DNA from: a candidate division WOR-3 bacterium
GTDB taxonomy: Bacteria; Hydrothermota; Hydrothermia; LBFQ01
Direction of reading: 5' to 3'
NCBI GenBank assembly: GCA_027050205.1
Contig: JALUCS010000007.1
Coordinates: 458-63,702 of the forward strand
Length of the DNA: 63,245 bases
Shown one piece after another: positions 50,592-60,708 of this stretch. The first letter of the stretch is position 1. Each line of letters starts with the position of its first letter. Both the position numbers and the translations under genes were made by a program. Below the pieces are notes generated by a model. That model saw only the letters and a program-made list of their open reading frames with translations. It did not search any database and was not told where the DNA came from.

Positions 50592-51266
50592 ATGATGGTG
50601 CTGATGGCATACTCTCTTGCCGGTAAGATGTGGGCGTCCCTTGAGACGCGCACGTACGAGTTCCCGCCCCTGTACTACATTTACGGGGAGCAGAAGGTCG
50701 TCGCCTACGGCGCGAGGGTGAACCTCGGCTACCACCTCGGTGAGGGTCTCGGTCTCTACCTTGCCCTCGGAATGGGGTACAGTAAGGACCACCCCACGAT
50801 CATCAGCTGGTACGAAGGGGGCTACTACACCGAGTACGAGAGGATAGACTTCGTTTATACCTACTTCCCCGTTGAGGTAGGCTTGGGCGTGTCCTTCGTT
50901 CCCTTCCGCGGGGAGAAGGGTCTCCTTAGGATCGGCCCGGAGTTCAGGTTCATATACCTCAACAGCAAAATGAACATGAGGGATAGCACCTGGACGCACT
51001 ACACGGATATAGATACGACGACCGTTTCGGTCAGCGATACCACGTACTTCATAAAGGCTAACGCCATCGCCGTCCCCCTCCGCATCTCTGGCGAGTACTT
51101 CATAACCGACAACGTCTCCCTCGGCTTGGACTATGGCATCTACCTCCTAAGCTTGAGCCACTCCAGTATCACCTTGGAAGGCTCCCCGGATACTACCCTC
51201 AACAGCTCCCTGGGCATCTTCAGACTGGCGGAGAGGTTGAACTTTAAGGCCACCTTTTACTTCTAA
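50592..51266 (+). CDS. Small outer-membrane beta-barrel protein
   Basis: Amphipathic strands, GEYFITDNVSLG, terminal FKATFYF beta-signal. Confidence 0.75.
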   Translation: MMVLMAYSLAGKMWASLETRTYEFPPLYYIYGEQKVVAYGARVNLGYHLGEGLGLYLALGMGYSKDHPTIISWYEGGYYTEYERIDFVYTYFPVEVGLGVSFVPFRGEKGLLRIGPEFRFIYLNSKMNMRDSTWTHYTDIDTTTVSVSDTTYFIKANAIAVPLRISGEYFITDNVSLGLDYGIYLLSLSHSSITLEGSPDTTLNSSLGIFRLAERLNFKATFYF

Positions 51267-51292
51267 GGCCCGCCGTAGAATAGACGGCGTTA

Positions 51293-52285
51293 ATGGACCT
51301 CCTCCTCGTTTCAGGGGGGACAGGGGGGCATGTCTCCCCCGCCCTTTCCGTTCTGGACGTGGCTTTGGAACGGGGTATTGATGCGCACCTCATTTTGGGA
51401 GGTTTGAAGGTCCAGATGGGTGTGGATAGGGCCACCTACGTATATTCGGCTGCCGAACTTAGGCCAAGGGGAGCGTTGGGGACGCTTAGGGGCATACTAC
51501 AGACCTTCCCCCTCGTTTGGAAGGCCCGAACGCTCCTCGCCTTTGGGGGTTATCCGGTCTTCCCCCCCCTCTTCAACGCCCTACTTCTCCGCAAAAGGTA
51601 CTACCTCTTTGAAGGGGATGCTATGCCCGGAAGGGCCAACCGGTTCTTTGAACCCTTTGCTACGGAGGTCCTGTGTGCCTTTCGGAACTCCGTTCGGTTC
51701 TACCGCAGGGGGGTGTTCGTCGGCATTCCTATAAGGAGGGGCCTGTACCCCTTACCCAAAGAGGTGGCGAGGGAGAGGTTGGGAATATCTACGGATCTGC
51801 CCGTAGTCGGTATAATGGGTGGGAGTCAAGGCTCCGTCTTTCTAAATACCCTCGCCAAGAGCTTAGCCAACACCCGGAGGTACTACGTCCTAGCCCTCGT
51901 AGGCAAGAGGGGGGAGGCGGAGGAGGGGAGCAACTACCGTTTCATCCCCTTCCTCAAGGATATGGGGGCCTTCTACTCGGCCCTTGATGTAATAATAAGC
52001 CGGGCGGGGATGAGTAGCATAGGGGAGATAGCCCACTTCGGGGTTCCACCGCTCTTCATCCCATACCCCTATGCGGGGGGGCATCAGATACACAACGCCT
52101 TAGACGTGGTCAGCTTCGGCGCTGGGGAGATGCTCCTTCAAGAGGAGGTGTCGCTGGAGAAGGTAGAGGAGAAACTGCGCCACCTCATAACTAAATCACG
52201 GGTCTATAGAAACAGACTCTCCCACTACTTCGTCCCCGGTGCGGCGGACAGGATACTGGAGAGGGTGATGTTGAGCCTCGGATAG
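51293..52285 (+). CDS. murG: MurG glycosyltransferase
   Basis: GGTGGH..P, FGGY, PGRAN, GIPIR, GGSQG, SRAG and PYPYA..HQ..NA motifs. Confidence 0.92.
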   Translation: MDLLLVSGGTGGHVSPALSVLDVALERGIDAHLILGGLKVQMGVDRATYVYSAAELRPRGALGTLRGILQTFPLVWKARTLLAFGGYPVFPPLFNALLLRKRYYLFEGDAMPGRANRFFEPFATEVLCAFRNSVRFYRRGVFVGIPIRRGLYPLPKEVARERLGISTDLPVVGIMGGSQGSVFLNTLAKSLANTRRYYVLALVGKRGEAEEGSNYRFIPFLKDMGAFYSALDVIISRAGMSSIGEIAHFGVPPLFIPYPYAGGHQIHNALDVVSFGAGEMLLQEEVSLEKVEEKLRHLITKSRVYRNRLSHYFVPGAADRILERVMLSLG

Positions 52286-52354
52286 ATTTTTTCAATCCGA
52301 TTCTGGGGGCAAACGGTACTCGTCCATATAATAGACATCTAAGGAGGTCTTGAG

Positions 52355-53059
52355 ATGAGGAAACGGGCGGTTTTCATCTTAGGTCTGATTCTGTTTGCCG
52401 CAGGCACAGGATGCAAAAAGGACACCTCACCTCCCACGATGGGGGTAAGCCTTAGCACCTCCAACGACGGTACGACGATAAACCTCCTTATATCCTACCC
52501 ACTCTCTGACACCCTCGGCATCCTATGTGGAGATGGGACCCCTCTGGATACCGTTGTAGTAGGCGGAGCGGATACGGTGATTTATACCCTTGACAGTACG
52601 TTTCTGAAGGTATGCGAGGAACATAAACTTCTGAAGATAGCCATATACCCCGGAACATTTATGTTGGTATCGCTTGAGAACGTTCCCATAGGTACAAAGG
52701 GCGATACGATAACCATAAACGGCAGGGATACCGTAATCCTACGGGGAGATACTTCAGGCTACGAGGTGATCTCCAGCAGGTACGTGAAGTTAGCGGAGTA
52801 TGCCGGAGGACTTTACGCCCCCCTTCCCCCCTCCTCCTACGGTGATACGGTTTCTGCTGACTCCAGCGATACTCTGGTCGTGTGGATAGACTACGACCAC
52901 GATGGTGTCTCTGGCTACGACGGGGATGACATCTTCGGCGTTCTGATAATCGGACCGGATGGGAAGGAACTGCGGGTACTTGCGATAACCGGTAGGGATA
53001 CCTTCACCGGGTACCGGGGCCTTGACCTGTGCTTTAAGTGTATGGAGGGCAAAAGATGA
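52355..53059 (+). CDS. Lipoprotein, paralog A
   Basis: SD; lipobox-like GTGC; YAGGLYAPLPP; DYDHDG. Confidence 0.75.
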   Translation: MRKRAVFILGLILFAAGTGCKKDTSPPTMGVSLSTSNDGTTINLLISYPLSDTLGILCGDGTPLDTVVVGGADTVIYTLDSTFLKVCEEHKLLKIAIYPGTFMLVSLENVPIGTKGDTITINGRDTVILRGDTSGYEVISSRYVKLAEYAGGLYAPLPPSSYGDTVSADSSDTLVVWIDYDHDGVSGYDGDDIFGVLIIGPDGKELRVLAITGRDTFTGYRGLDLCFKCMEGKR

Positions 53060-54015
53060 TGGTACTCTTACTTGCAGATCTCGGCTGGGGTGGATACACG
53101 CCGGGTGCAACCCGGTGGTACTTCGTGGAACAAGATGAAGCCTACGCCCAGGAGACCGTCCTTACCGTAGGTCCTTGGGACGGTACGGGAAGCCGTTGCT
53201 CCTTCTCAACACCCGTAGACAGGGCTGACTTCTACATTCACTCCTTCTCTTACGACCCCTACACCGACACAGCCTATGCGTACTACGACGGTACGTATCT
53301 GGTTGACTTCGTAAACGCTTACCACAGTTTCTACTTCTCCGAATCCGGGATGAGGGTACTGAAGTTTCCCCTTATTGTGGGGGATACGTGGCAAACGGTA
53401 GATACGTGCAAGTACGCCCTTGGGGTTAAAAGGTCACTTGGGTATGACGAGAACTGGGATGGGATAGAGGACAGCCTGTACTACGACACCTCCTACGCCG
53501 TGTTGGTTCATTACTCTGGGGATACTGCCGAAGTGCATATAAACCCCTTTAAGGTGATACTCTACTACACAGGAGTGTGGTCGGATACGGGTGGGTACCT
53601 TGGGTGTTGCACCGAGTATATGTACTATCACTATATCCGCCTGAAGTATGTCGGCGATTTGGGTATGATTCTCTTTAGTGTGGATAGCATCATTTTTTAT
53701 ATAAGATATGCTCTTGTAGACACTACTACGGTACCGTGGGATACTATACCCTTACCACCGATGCGATATTCAACCTATACTAACTTCAACGTATGGACCT
53801 ACACCACCACCTCCGTTTCGGAGACCAGACCCCGCATAACCTTCACGCCTTACCGCCTCAACGGGCGGAGGCTGACGGCGTTGGAGGACCTGGCTCTTTA
53901 CTCGTACGACGGGAGGCTGGTAGGGGAGGTACGAAAGGGCAGTACCGTCTCCTTGAGGCCCGGACTGTACTTCGTAAGGAGCAGGGGTAGAACGGGTAAG
54001 ATAGTGGTGCGGTAG
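53056..54015 (+). CDS. Secreted protein with T9SS-like tail, paralog A
   Basis: ATGA-coupled; LKFPLIVGDTW; tail YSYDGRLV..PGLYFV..KIVVR. Confidence 0.8.
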   Translation: MMVLLLADLGWGGYTPGATRWYFVEQDEAYAQETVLTVGPWDGTGSRCSFSTPVDRADFYIHSFSYDPYTDTAYAYYDGTYLVDFVNAYHSFYFSESGMRVLKFPLIVGDTWQTVDTCKYALGVKRSLGYDENWDGIEDSLYYDTSYAVLVHYSGDTAEVHINPFKVILYYTGVWSDTGGYLGCCTEYMYYHYIRLKYVGDLGMILFSVDSIIFYIRYALVDTTTVPWDTIPLPPMRYSTYTNFNVWTYTTTSVSETRPRITFTPYRLNGRRLTALEDLALYSYDGRLVGEVRKGSTVSLRPGLYFVRSRGRTGKIVVR

Positions 54016-54021
54016 GGGGAG

Positions 54022-54051
54022 TTGACAAGGAGGCCTTTTCGCGTGTATAAT
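54022..54051 (+). promoter_or_regulatory. Consensus sigma70-type promoter
   Basis: TTGACA 54022-54027, 18-bp spacer, TATAAT 54046-54051. Confidence 0.8.
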
Positions 54052-54108
54052 ACTCTCTTATGATGCTTAAGAGGAATCTTCAGGCATTCTTCAACGGTAT
54101 CCTGAAAG

Positions 54109-56250
54109 GTGGTGAAAGGGAGAAGGGTCTTTCTTCCTTCTTCCTTCTTCCTTCTTCCTTCTTCCTTTGCTGTAGTGCTTGTCCTTGCTGGGACGCCCCT
54201 TAGGGCAGATGTCATAATGGTGGAGTTACCTCCGGATATAAAGACGGTTGAGCAGCTCCAATCGGCCCGTGTGGATAGTATCGTGGATAGTGTCATAAGG
54301 AACGTACCTGACGGCGTGGAGGATGTAGCTATCCTCTTCACCCGCAATGGTAGGGTTCTAACACCGGAGGACTTCGGAATACACGAAGACTTTAGTAGAT
54401 TTCCGGCACGTGATATAGAACCTGAAAGGGGAGATGGGTGGACAGATACAGAGTGGAATCAAGTTTTGCACGTCTGGAATCTCGCTTACCCTCGTTTAAA
54501 GAGAATATACGGCTGGCCATATTGTAAGTGTGGAGGATTTTTGTGCAGAGGGGTGCATAAGGTTAAAATAACGAAGGATTCTTCAATGGAACCAAAGGGG
54601 TTATTTATTCCAAGACCAACCTGTTGGATTAACTCGGAGATAAAGTTGAAAGGATGGGAGAGCATGTACGGTAGAAGGTGGGGACCTGTTCTGATCCATG
54701 AGATGGCCCACGCTTTCAGAAACTATAGGGTTCTTCCTTATAGTCAATTTGAGGAGGGGCATGCAGAATTTGCCAAGGAGGAGGTATCCACTCTTATATA
54801 CGACGAAACCGGAGAGTTTCATGATTACCCTTACCTTTATCACGATGTAGGCCCTTATTTACACGGATACTACATTCTCTTTCAGCAGTGGAATACGGAT
54901 TTTATCGGACTACCTTACAACGATTTTTCCGTGAACAGCGGATTGTCTGCATATAGGTACAAAATAGCGGGTTTTAGTTGGTGGAAGCTGTGGTTCAGGG
55001 TTCCAAGTTATTTTGTACAATTTAACTCTTGGCTGTTTTCTAGAGATTATATTTTGCCTCCCAGCTATGATGAATCAAAAAATAAAACACGAGAGATAGT
55101 TGGAAGCACGAGATTAGAAGATAACCTTCCTTTTAATGAGTGGTGGACAAGGCAGTACGCTTTAAGGAGTACGTATTTTTCTTATTATGATGATATATGT
55201 ATGGCGTTTACTTTGGGACTCCTAGCTATTCCAGACTATAAGTCTGATACAGCACTGAGATTAAGAATACGTGTCTTTTCATACTGGAGGTATAATAATG
55301 GGTATATGTATGAAGAACGTCCAATTCCTGGACGTAATATAAGAGTAAAAGTATGGGATGTTTATGGAAATAAAGTGAAAGATACTACATTACCAACTCA
55401 TAATATAGAGCATAACTTTTTAGTACATTCGTTATCTAGAGGTGTTTATAAAGTTGAAGCATATATTGAGAGAGAATACAATTTCTCAACGTGTCGACAT
55501 TTGATACAAGAAAGGGTAGTCCCAGTTGTTAACGCACCCTTGAGTAACCTTACCCGTATAAATCCTGATTTGAGCTTTGTAGCCCTCGTATTTAATACGT
55601 CAAGCTCCACTTTACATGTTACCCCTCCGGGGATTGATGTCCCGACTGTAGATGGAATGATATTTTTTGGATCAACAATAAAGAGAGGTAGATGGCAAAT
55701 CTATGACAATGTTCACAATGATAGATATAGCTTAATAATCAAGGATGAGGCACCATATATTGTTTATCCAGGAGGATGGTCAAAGGTTCCTCCCCCAAGG
55801 CCAAAGGATTTAAGCATAAGATCAATTGACACTATGCATAAAAGAGTTACAATTGTATGGGATAATGTTGATGATATTGATTTATATTACTACAAGTGGA
55901 AATGGACGTTATTTGCCACATCTATAAGTGATAGTGGAATTACAACCACGAATAGTGTAACGCTAACTCTGGGATGCGGTACGTACAGCATAGTAGTAAG
56001 CGCGTACGATAGGGATGGGAATGAAAGTCCTGTATCCGAACCTATTTTCGTAAGGTTCTGCGGAGGTGATGACCGGGACGATGACCCTTATCTATCGTCC
56101 AAGTCCGATAGGAACCACGGGCAGATCACAGTGTATGATGTAAACGGTAGAATAGTGTATAAAGGTGATAATATGGATGAGGCCAGATTAAAACGGGGAA
56201 TCTATTTCATAAGGCAAGGCAACCGTTTAACAAAGGAGGTTATAAAATGA
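54109..56250 (+). CDS. Secreted zinc metalloprotease (HExxH..E) with FN3-like domain and T9SS-like tail; start uncertain
   Basis: VLIHEMAHAF..FEEGHAEF; VSAYDRDGNES..S; tail VYDVNGRIV..GIYFI; AT-rich core. Confidence 0.8.
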   Translation: MVKGRRVFLPSSFFLLPSSFAVVLVLAGTPLRADVIMVELPPDIKTVEQLQSARVDSIVDSVIRNVPDGVEDVAILFTRNGRVLTPEDFGIHEDFSRFPARDIEPERGDGWTDTEWNQVLHVWNLAYPRLKRIYGWPYCKCGGFLCRGVHKVKITKDSSMEPKGLFIPRPTCWINSEIKLKGWESMYGRRWGPVLIHEMAHAFRNYRVLPYSQFEEGHAEFAKEEVSTLIYDETGEFHDYPYLYHDVGPYLHGYYILFQQWNTDFIGLPYNDFSVNSGLSAYRYKIAGFSWWKLWFRVPSYFVQFNSWLFSRDYILPPSYDESKNKTREIVGSTRLEDNLPFNEWWTRQYALRSTYFSYYDDICMAFTLGLLAIPDYKSDTALRLRIRVFSYWRYNNGYMYEERPIPGRNIRVKVWDVYGNKVKDTTLPTHNIEHNFLVHSLSRGVYKVEAYIEREYNFSTCRHLIQERVVPVVNAPLSNLTRINPDLSFVALVFNTSSSTLHVTPPGIDVPTVDGMIFFGSTIKRGRWQIYDNVHNDRYSLIIKDEAPYIVYPGGWSKVPPPRPKDLSIRSIDTMHKRVTIVWDNVDDIDLYYYKWKWTLFATSISDSGITTTNSVTLTLGCGTYSIVVSAYDRDGNESPVSEPIFVRFCGGDDRDDDPYLSSKSDRNHGQITVYDVNGRIVYKGDNMDEARLKRGIYFIRQGNRLTKEVIK
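54131..54167 (+). repeat. Simple sequence repeat (TTCTTCC)x5
   Basis: Five perfect heptamers at 54131-54165 followed by TT, in the signal-peptide coding region. Confidence 0.95.
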
Positions 56251-57023
56251 AAAACGTAATCTTCGCCTCCGTACTCCTCGCAGCCATAACCCTATCGGGG
56301 TGCAACAGGAGCAAAGGCACCTCCATTATACTTTTTGACATAGAGGAGGTAAAGGCTGTAAACCAGGGTACGGCCCTGAAGATCGTAGCCTACAAGCATT
56401 ACGACGATATGGGGGTGATTATCCGATGCGAAGATTTTTCCTGTATAGGAGAACCCATATACGAAAGCGACAACGGTAAAGTCTCCCTGTACATAGATAC
56501 CACAATCTACCATAGCTGTCCCGGATGGTACAAAGTTTATGTATGTCTCGTAAATTCCTCACCCTGTGTAAGCTGCATAGAGGGCGAGATAATCCTAATC
56601 ACGTTATTTGACACCCTTCACATAACGGACAGCCTTCGGGATACCCTTTACTGTAAAAACGATTCCTACTTCTATTACGAGGACATCACGACCTGTAAGT
56701 TCCAGAAAGACGACGGGTTCGTACCGGTTGCCCTCATAAACTCCTCCGGAGACAGCATATACGTAAGGGGAACGGGTAAGATGTTCTTTCTACCCTATAC
56801 CGGAGGGCATCTGGCCCCATTACCTCCCGACGGTTACGTCCCCTCCTACACCTTATCCGTATCCGGTAGGGATACAGTAGTATTCTGGTACGACAGGGAC
56901 GGGAACCACGCCTATTCCGAGGGCGATGCCTTCGGTACCCTCCTGTCTACGGGGACAGCCCTAAGCGTGGTTTATACCAGAAGTACCGGGTTCAGGGGTA
57001 TAACAACGAGCATGGGCAAATGA
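56247..57023 (+). CDS. Lipoprotein, diverged paralog B
   Basis: Lipobox LSGC; YTGGHLAPLPP; WYDRDGN. Confidence 0.78.
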   Translation: MKNVIFASVLLAAITLSGCNRSKGTSIILFDIEEVKAVNQGTALKIVAYKHYDDMGVIIRCEDFSCIGEPIYESDNGKVSLYIDTTIYHSCPGWYKVYVCLVNSSPCVSCIEGEIILITLFDTLHITDSLRDTLYCKNDSYFYYEDITTCKFQKDDGFVPVALINSSGDSIYVRGTGKMFFLPYTGGHLAPLPPDGYVPSYTLSVSGRDTVVFWYDRDGNHAYSEGDAFGTLLSTGTALSVVYTRSTGFRGITTSMGK

Positions 57024-57026
57024 AAA

Positions 57027-57722
57027 ATGAAAAGGTTATCTATCTTTTTTCTCATCGCAGCATCCCTCCTAACGGGCTGCGTTATCGTGGATCCTCCGGC
57101 TATTGTAGCCTTAGATGACTACCAGGTAAAGGACAACGGCAAAGTTATAGAACTGACCCTCAGCGTATCATCGGACACCAGGTATGTGATCTTTTACTGC
57201 TCTGGACGAACGCCCTTTGATACCCTCTCGGTAGAAGGGAACGTACCCGAAGACGGTAGGATAATCTACGACATAGACAGCACTTTCCTTTTCGCCTGCA
57301 AGCATCACGATGAAATACGTATCGGGACGGAGGAGGGTGTGGAAGCAGCGCTCTACCTGGGCTACAGCGTTGTGAGCAACTCCTCTCACCTTGTCCTCTA
57401 CGGTAAAGACACCCTCTTTTTCAGTGGAGACACCGTAAGGACGAGCGAGTACATAAAGGTACAGAAGTACTCCGGTGGTCTGTACGCTCCTCTACCTCCG
57501 GAAGGGTACGACACCCTCCTTATCGCTGGCTCTCACGACACTCTAATCGTATGGCAGGATTACGACCACGACGGTGTCTCTGGCTACGACGGGGATGATA
57601 TCTTCTGGGTTGTCCTGGTGGGAAGCGATGGGGCGAGGGCCATAACCCTCAACCGAAGGGACAACCTCACCGGGTACCGCGGTCTTGACCTGTGCTTTAA
57701 GTGTATGGAGGGCAAAAGATGA
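57027..57722 (+). CDS. Lipoprotein, paralog C
   Basis: Lipobox LTGC; YSGGLYAPLPP; C-terminus identical to paralog A. Confidence 0.8.
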   Translation: MKRLSIFFLIAASLLTGCVIVDPPAIVALDDYQVKDNGKVIELTLSVSSDTRYVIFYCSGRTPFDTLSVEGNVPEDGRIIYDIDSTFLFACKHHDEIRIGTEEGVEAALYLGYSVVSNSSHLVLYGKDTLFFSGDTVRTSEYIKVQKYSGGLYAPLPPEGYDTLLIAGSHDTLIVWQDYDHDGVSGYDGDDIFWVVLVGSDGARAITLNRRDNLTGYRGLDLCFKCMEGKR

Positions 57723-58687
57723 TGGTACTCTTACTTGCAGATCTCGGCTGGGGCGGATACGTGCCGGGTGCAACCCGGTGGTACCTGATCCACGAGGAAG
57801 ACCTGGACCCCTACTACGCCTTTGATACGGTCGTTGGACTCTCAACGTGGGACGGTACGGGAAGTCGTTGCTCCTTCTCAACACCCGTAGAAAGGGCGGA
57901 TTACATAATACACACCTACTCCTACGACCCGGAGGTGGATACGGGCTTCGCGTACTACGACGGGACCTATCTCGTTGACCTCGCGAACGAATGGCTCTTT
58001 GACGTCCCCGGCCTTACCGGGATAAGAACCCTAAAGTTCCCCCTGACGGTGGGGGACAGCTGGCAGGCTACGGACACGTGTATATACCCCCTGAACACAC
58101 GCATACCCACGGGGAGCGACGAGGACTGGGATGGTATAGTGGACAGCGTGTACTTCTCCCCTTCGTACGCCACGCTGGCCTATTACTCCGGAGATACGGC
58201 AGAAGTATTCGTAAGCCCGTACATCTTAACCATAGCCTATACCGGCACCTCCCCCGATACCGGAAGTACCTTCATTTGCTGCACGGAACTTAGCGGGCAT
58301 CTCTACCTCCGTATCAGGTACGTAAGATCTCTGGGCTTGGTGCGCTACAGCATAGATACCCTCATATTCTACCAGACCTACGCCATAGTGGATACTTCAA
58401 CCACACCGTGGGATACGACGTACGTCCCCCCTTCACGTATTGACACTTACTACGACTATATGACCTGGACCTACACCACCACCTCCGTTTCGGAGGCCAG
58501 ACCCCGCATAACCTTTACGCCTTACCGCCTCAACGGGCGGAGGCTGACGGCGTTGGAGGACCTGGCTCTTTACTCGTACGACGGGAGGCTGGTAGGGGAG
58601 GTACGAAAGGGCAATACCGTCTCCCTGAGGCCCGGCCTGTACTTCGTAAGGAGCAGGGGTAGAACGGGTAAGATAGTGGTGCGGTAG
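57719..58687 (+). CDS. Secreted protein with T9SS-like tail, paralog B
   Basis: Near-identical ends to 53056-54015 with a diverged middle. Confidence 0.8.
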   Translation: MMVLLLADLGWGGYVPGATRWYLIHEEDLDPYYAFDTVVGLSTWDGTGSRCSFSTPVERADYIIHTYSYDPEVDTGFAYYDGTYLVDLANEWLFDVPGLTGIRTLKFPLTVGDSWQATDTCIYPLNTRIPTGSDEDWDGIVDSVYFSPSYATLAYYSGDTAEVFVSPYILTIAYTGTSPDTGSTFICCTELSGHLYLRIRYVRSLGLVRYSIDTLIFYQTYAIVDTSTTPWDTTYVPPSRIDTYYDYMTWTYTTTSVSEARPRITFTPYRLNGRRLTALEDLALYSYDGRLVGEVRKGNTVSLRPGLYFVRSRGRTGKIVVR

Positions 58688-58717
58688 GGGGACGTCCCTC
58701 CCGTGTAGAATCTTCGG

Positions 58718-60706
58718 ATGATCATGGCAGCTATTGGTGTATCTAAGCCGGCCGACCCCTTCGCCTGGCTCAAGGACACGACGAGGAAGGACCCGAAGGT
58801 CATAGCCTTCCTTAAAGAGGAGAACGAGAGGACGGAGAGGTTCCTCGCCGATACGAAGAAACTTCAGGAGAAACTCTTAAAGGAGTTCAAGAGCCGGATA
58901 CAGGGGACCTACGAGACCTACCCCGTCCGCATAGGGGATTACCTCTATTACCGCAGGTACGAAGACGGCAAGGACTTCCCCGTAGTCCTTAGGAAGAGAT
59001 CCCCAAGGGCCAGGCCGGAGGTCATCCTTGACTGGAACGCCCTCGCTAAGGGTCACGAGTTCTTCTACCCCGGAGGGTGGGAGGTGAGCAGGGACGGCAG
59101 GTACCTCGCCTTCTCATACGATATCTCCGGAGGGGAGAAGTTCGCCCTATATATCAAAGACCTCCGTACGGGTGAAATAATAGACAGCATACCGAGGGTC
59201 TCGTGGGGGGACTTCCTGTGGACGAGGGACAACAGGCTGATATACGTCGTGGAGACCGAGGAGACGAAACGACCCTACAGGGTACTCATCCACACCCTCG
59301 GTGAGGAGGTCAGCAGAGATGAGGAACTCTTCAGAGACGACAGCGAATCCTACTTCGTTGGCATATACTCCTCCCTTGACGGGTACGTCTTCGCCACGTC
59401 CGGGAACACCGAGAGCAACATAACCGCCCTAATATACCCCTACAGGAAGGACTTCCATCCGAGGAAGAAGGGGGTGAAGTACTGGGTCTACCACGGGGAC
59501 GGGAAGTTCTACGTCCTCACGAACGAGGACGCCCCCAACTACAGGGTCCTTGAGATGGACGAAAAGACAGGTGAGGAGAGGGTCATCATCCCGGAGGAGG
59601 AGGACGTCCCGATTGAGGACATAACCGTCTTCAAGGACTTCATAGCCCTTGAGGAGAGGTATCAGGGCCTTACGGCCATAAGGATATACGACAGGAAGAC
59701 CGGCAGGACCCACCGGGTGAAATTCAAAGAGGCCGCCTATACGGTTAGCCTCTCCGGAAACTACGAGTACGAGACGGACAGCATCCGCATACACTACACC
59801 TCCCCCACGACTCCGGGCAGCATATACTTCTACAACGTAAAGACGGGGAAACTCCGCAAACGCTGGCAGGAGCCTGTACCCAACTACGACCCCAGGAAGT
59901 ACCGGGTGGTCAGACTCTGGGCGCGCAGCTACGACGGCGTAAAGTTCCCCATAACCCTCGTATATCGCAAAGATAAGTTCAAGAGAAACCGGAAGCACCC
60001 GGTCTATCTGACGGGCTACGGGGCCTACGGCTCACCCTTTGACCCCTCCTTCAACCGCTACGTCATCTCCCTCCTTGACAGGGGCTTCGCCTACGCCATA
60101 GCGCACATAAGGGGCGGGGGGGAGTTCGGCGAGAGGTGGCATAGGGAGGGGAAGTTCCTGAAGAAGAAGAACAGCATATACGACTTCGTTGAGTCGGCGG
60201 AGTACCTAATAATAGACGGCTGGACGGACAGGGGAAAGATCGCCATAACCGGGGGCAGCGCCGGCGGGATAATAGTGGGAGGGGCGTTGAACCTGAAGCC
60301 CTACCTCTTCGGGGCGGCCGTGGCTGTCGTGCCTTTCGTGGACGTCCTGAACACCATGCTGGACCCCAACCTCCCCCTGACGGTGCCGGAGTACGACGAG
60401 TGGGGGAACCCCAACGACCCCAAGTTCTACGAGTACATAAAGTCCTACTCCCCCTACGACAACGTAAAGCCCGACAGCTTTCCCCCCGTTTTGGCCACGG
60501 CGGGCCTTTATGACCCCCGCGTGGGCTACTGGGAGCCGGCTAAGTGGGTCCTGAAACTGCGCGAGAACAACCTCGCCAACACCCCCATACTCCTCTGGAC
60601 GGACCTTGAGGCGGGCCACCTCGGAAGGGCGGGACGCTACCAGTACATGAAAGAGGTGGCCATGCGGTACGCCTTCATCCTCAAGGTCCTGAAGGGAAGG
60701 AGGTGA
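58718..60706 (+). CDS. ptrB: Oligopeptidase B (S9A)
   Basis: DPFAWL, GYGAYG, HIRGGGE, GGSAGG, VPFVD, EWGNP, DPRV.YWEPAKW and AGH motifs. Confidence 0.93.
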   Translation: MIMAAIGVSKPADPFAWLKDTTRKDPKVIAFLKEENERTERFLADTKKLQEKLLKEFKSRIQGTYETYPVRIGDYLYYRRYEDGKDFPVVLRKRSPRARPEVILDWNALAKGHEFFYPGGWEVSRDGRYLAFSYDISGGEKFALYIKDLRTGEIIDSIPRVSWGDFLWTRDNRLIYVVETEETKRPYRVLIHTLGEEVSRDEELFRDDSESYFVGIYSSLDGYVFATSGNTESNITALIYPYRKDFHPRKKGVKYWVYHGDGKFYVLTNEDAPNYRVLEMDEKTGEERVIIPEEEDVPIEDITVFKDFIALEERYQGLTAIRIYDRKTGRTHRVKFKEAAYTVSLSGNYEYETDSIRIHYTSPTTPGSIYFYNVKTGKLRKRWQEPVPNYDPRKYRVVRLWARSYDGVKFPITLVYRKDKFKRNRKHPVYLTGYGAYGSPFDPSFNRYVISLLDRGFAYAIAHIRGGGEFGERWHREGKFLKKKNSIYDFVESAEYLIIDGWTDRGKIAITGGSAGGIIVGGALNLKPYLFGAAVAVVPFVDVLNTMLDPNLPLTVPEYDEWGNPNDPKFYEYIKSYSPYDNVKPDSFPPVLATAGLYDPRVGYWEPAKWVLKLRENNLANTPILLWTDLEAGHLGRAGRYQYMKEVAMRYAFILKVLKGRR

Positions 60707-60708
60707 GT

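Noticed and set aside
52355..58692. Diversity-generating retroelement explanation for the paralogous repeats
   Set aside because: There is no reverse transcriptase in the window, and the differences are not confined to adenines.
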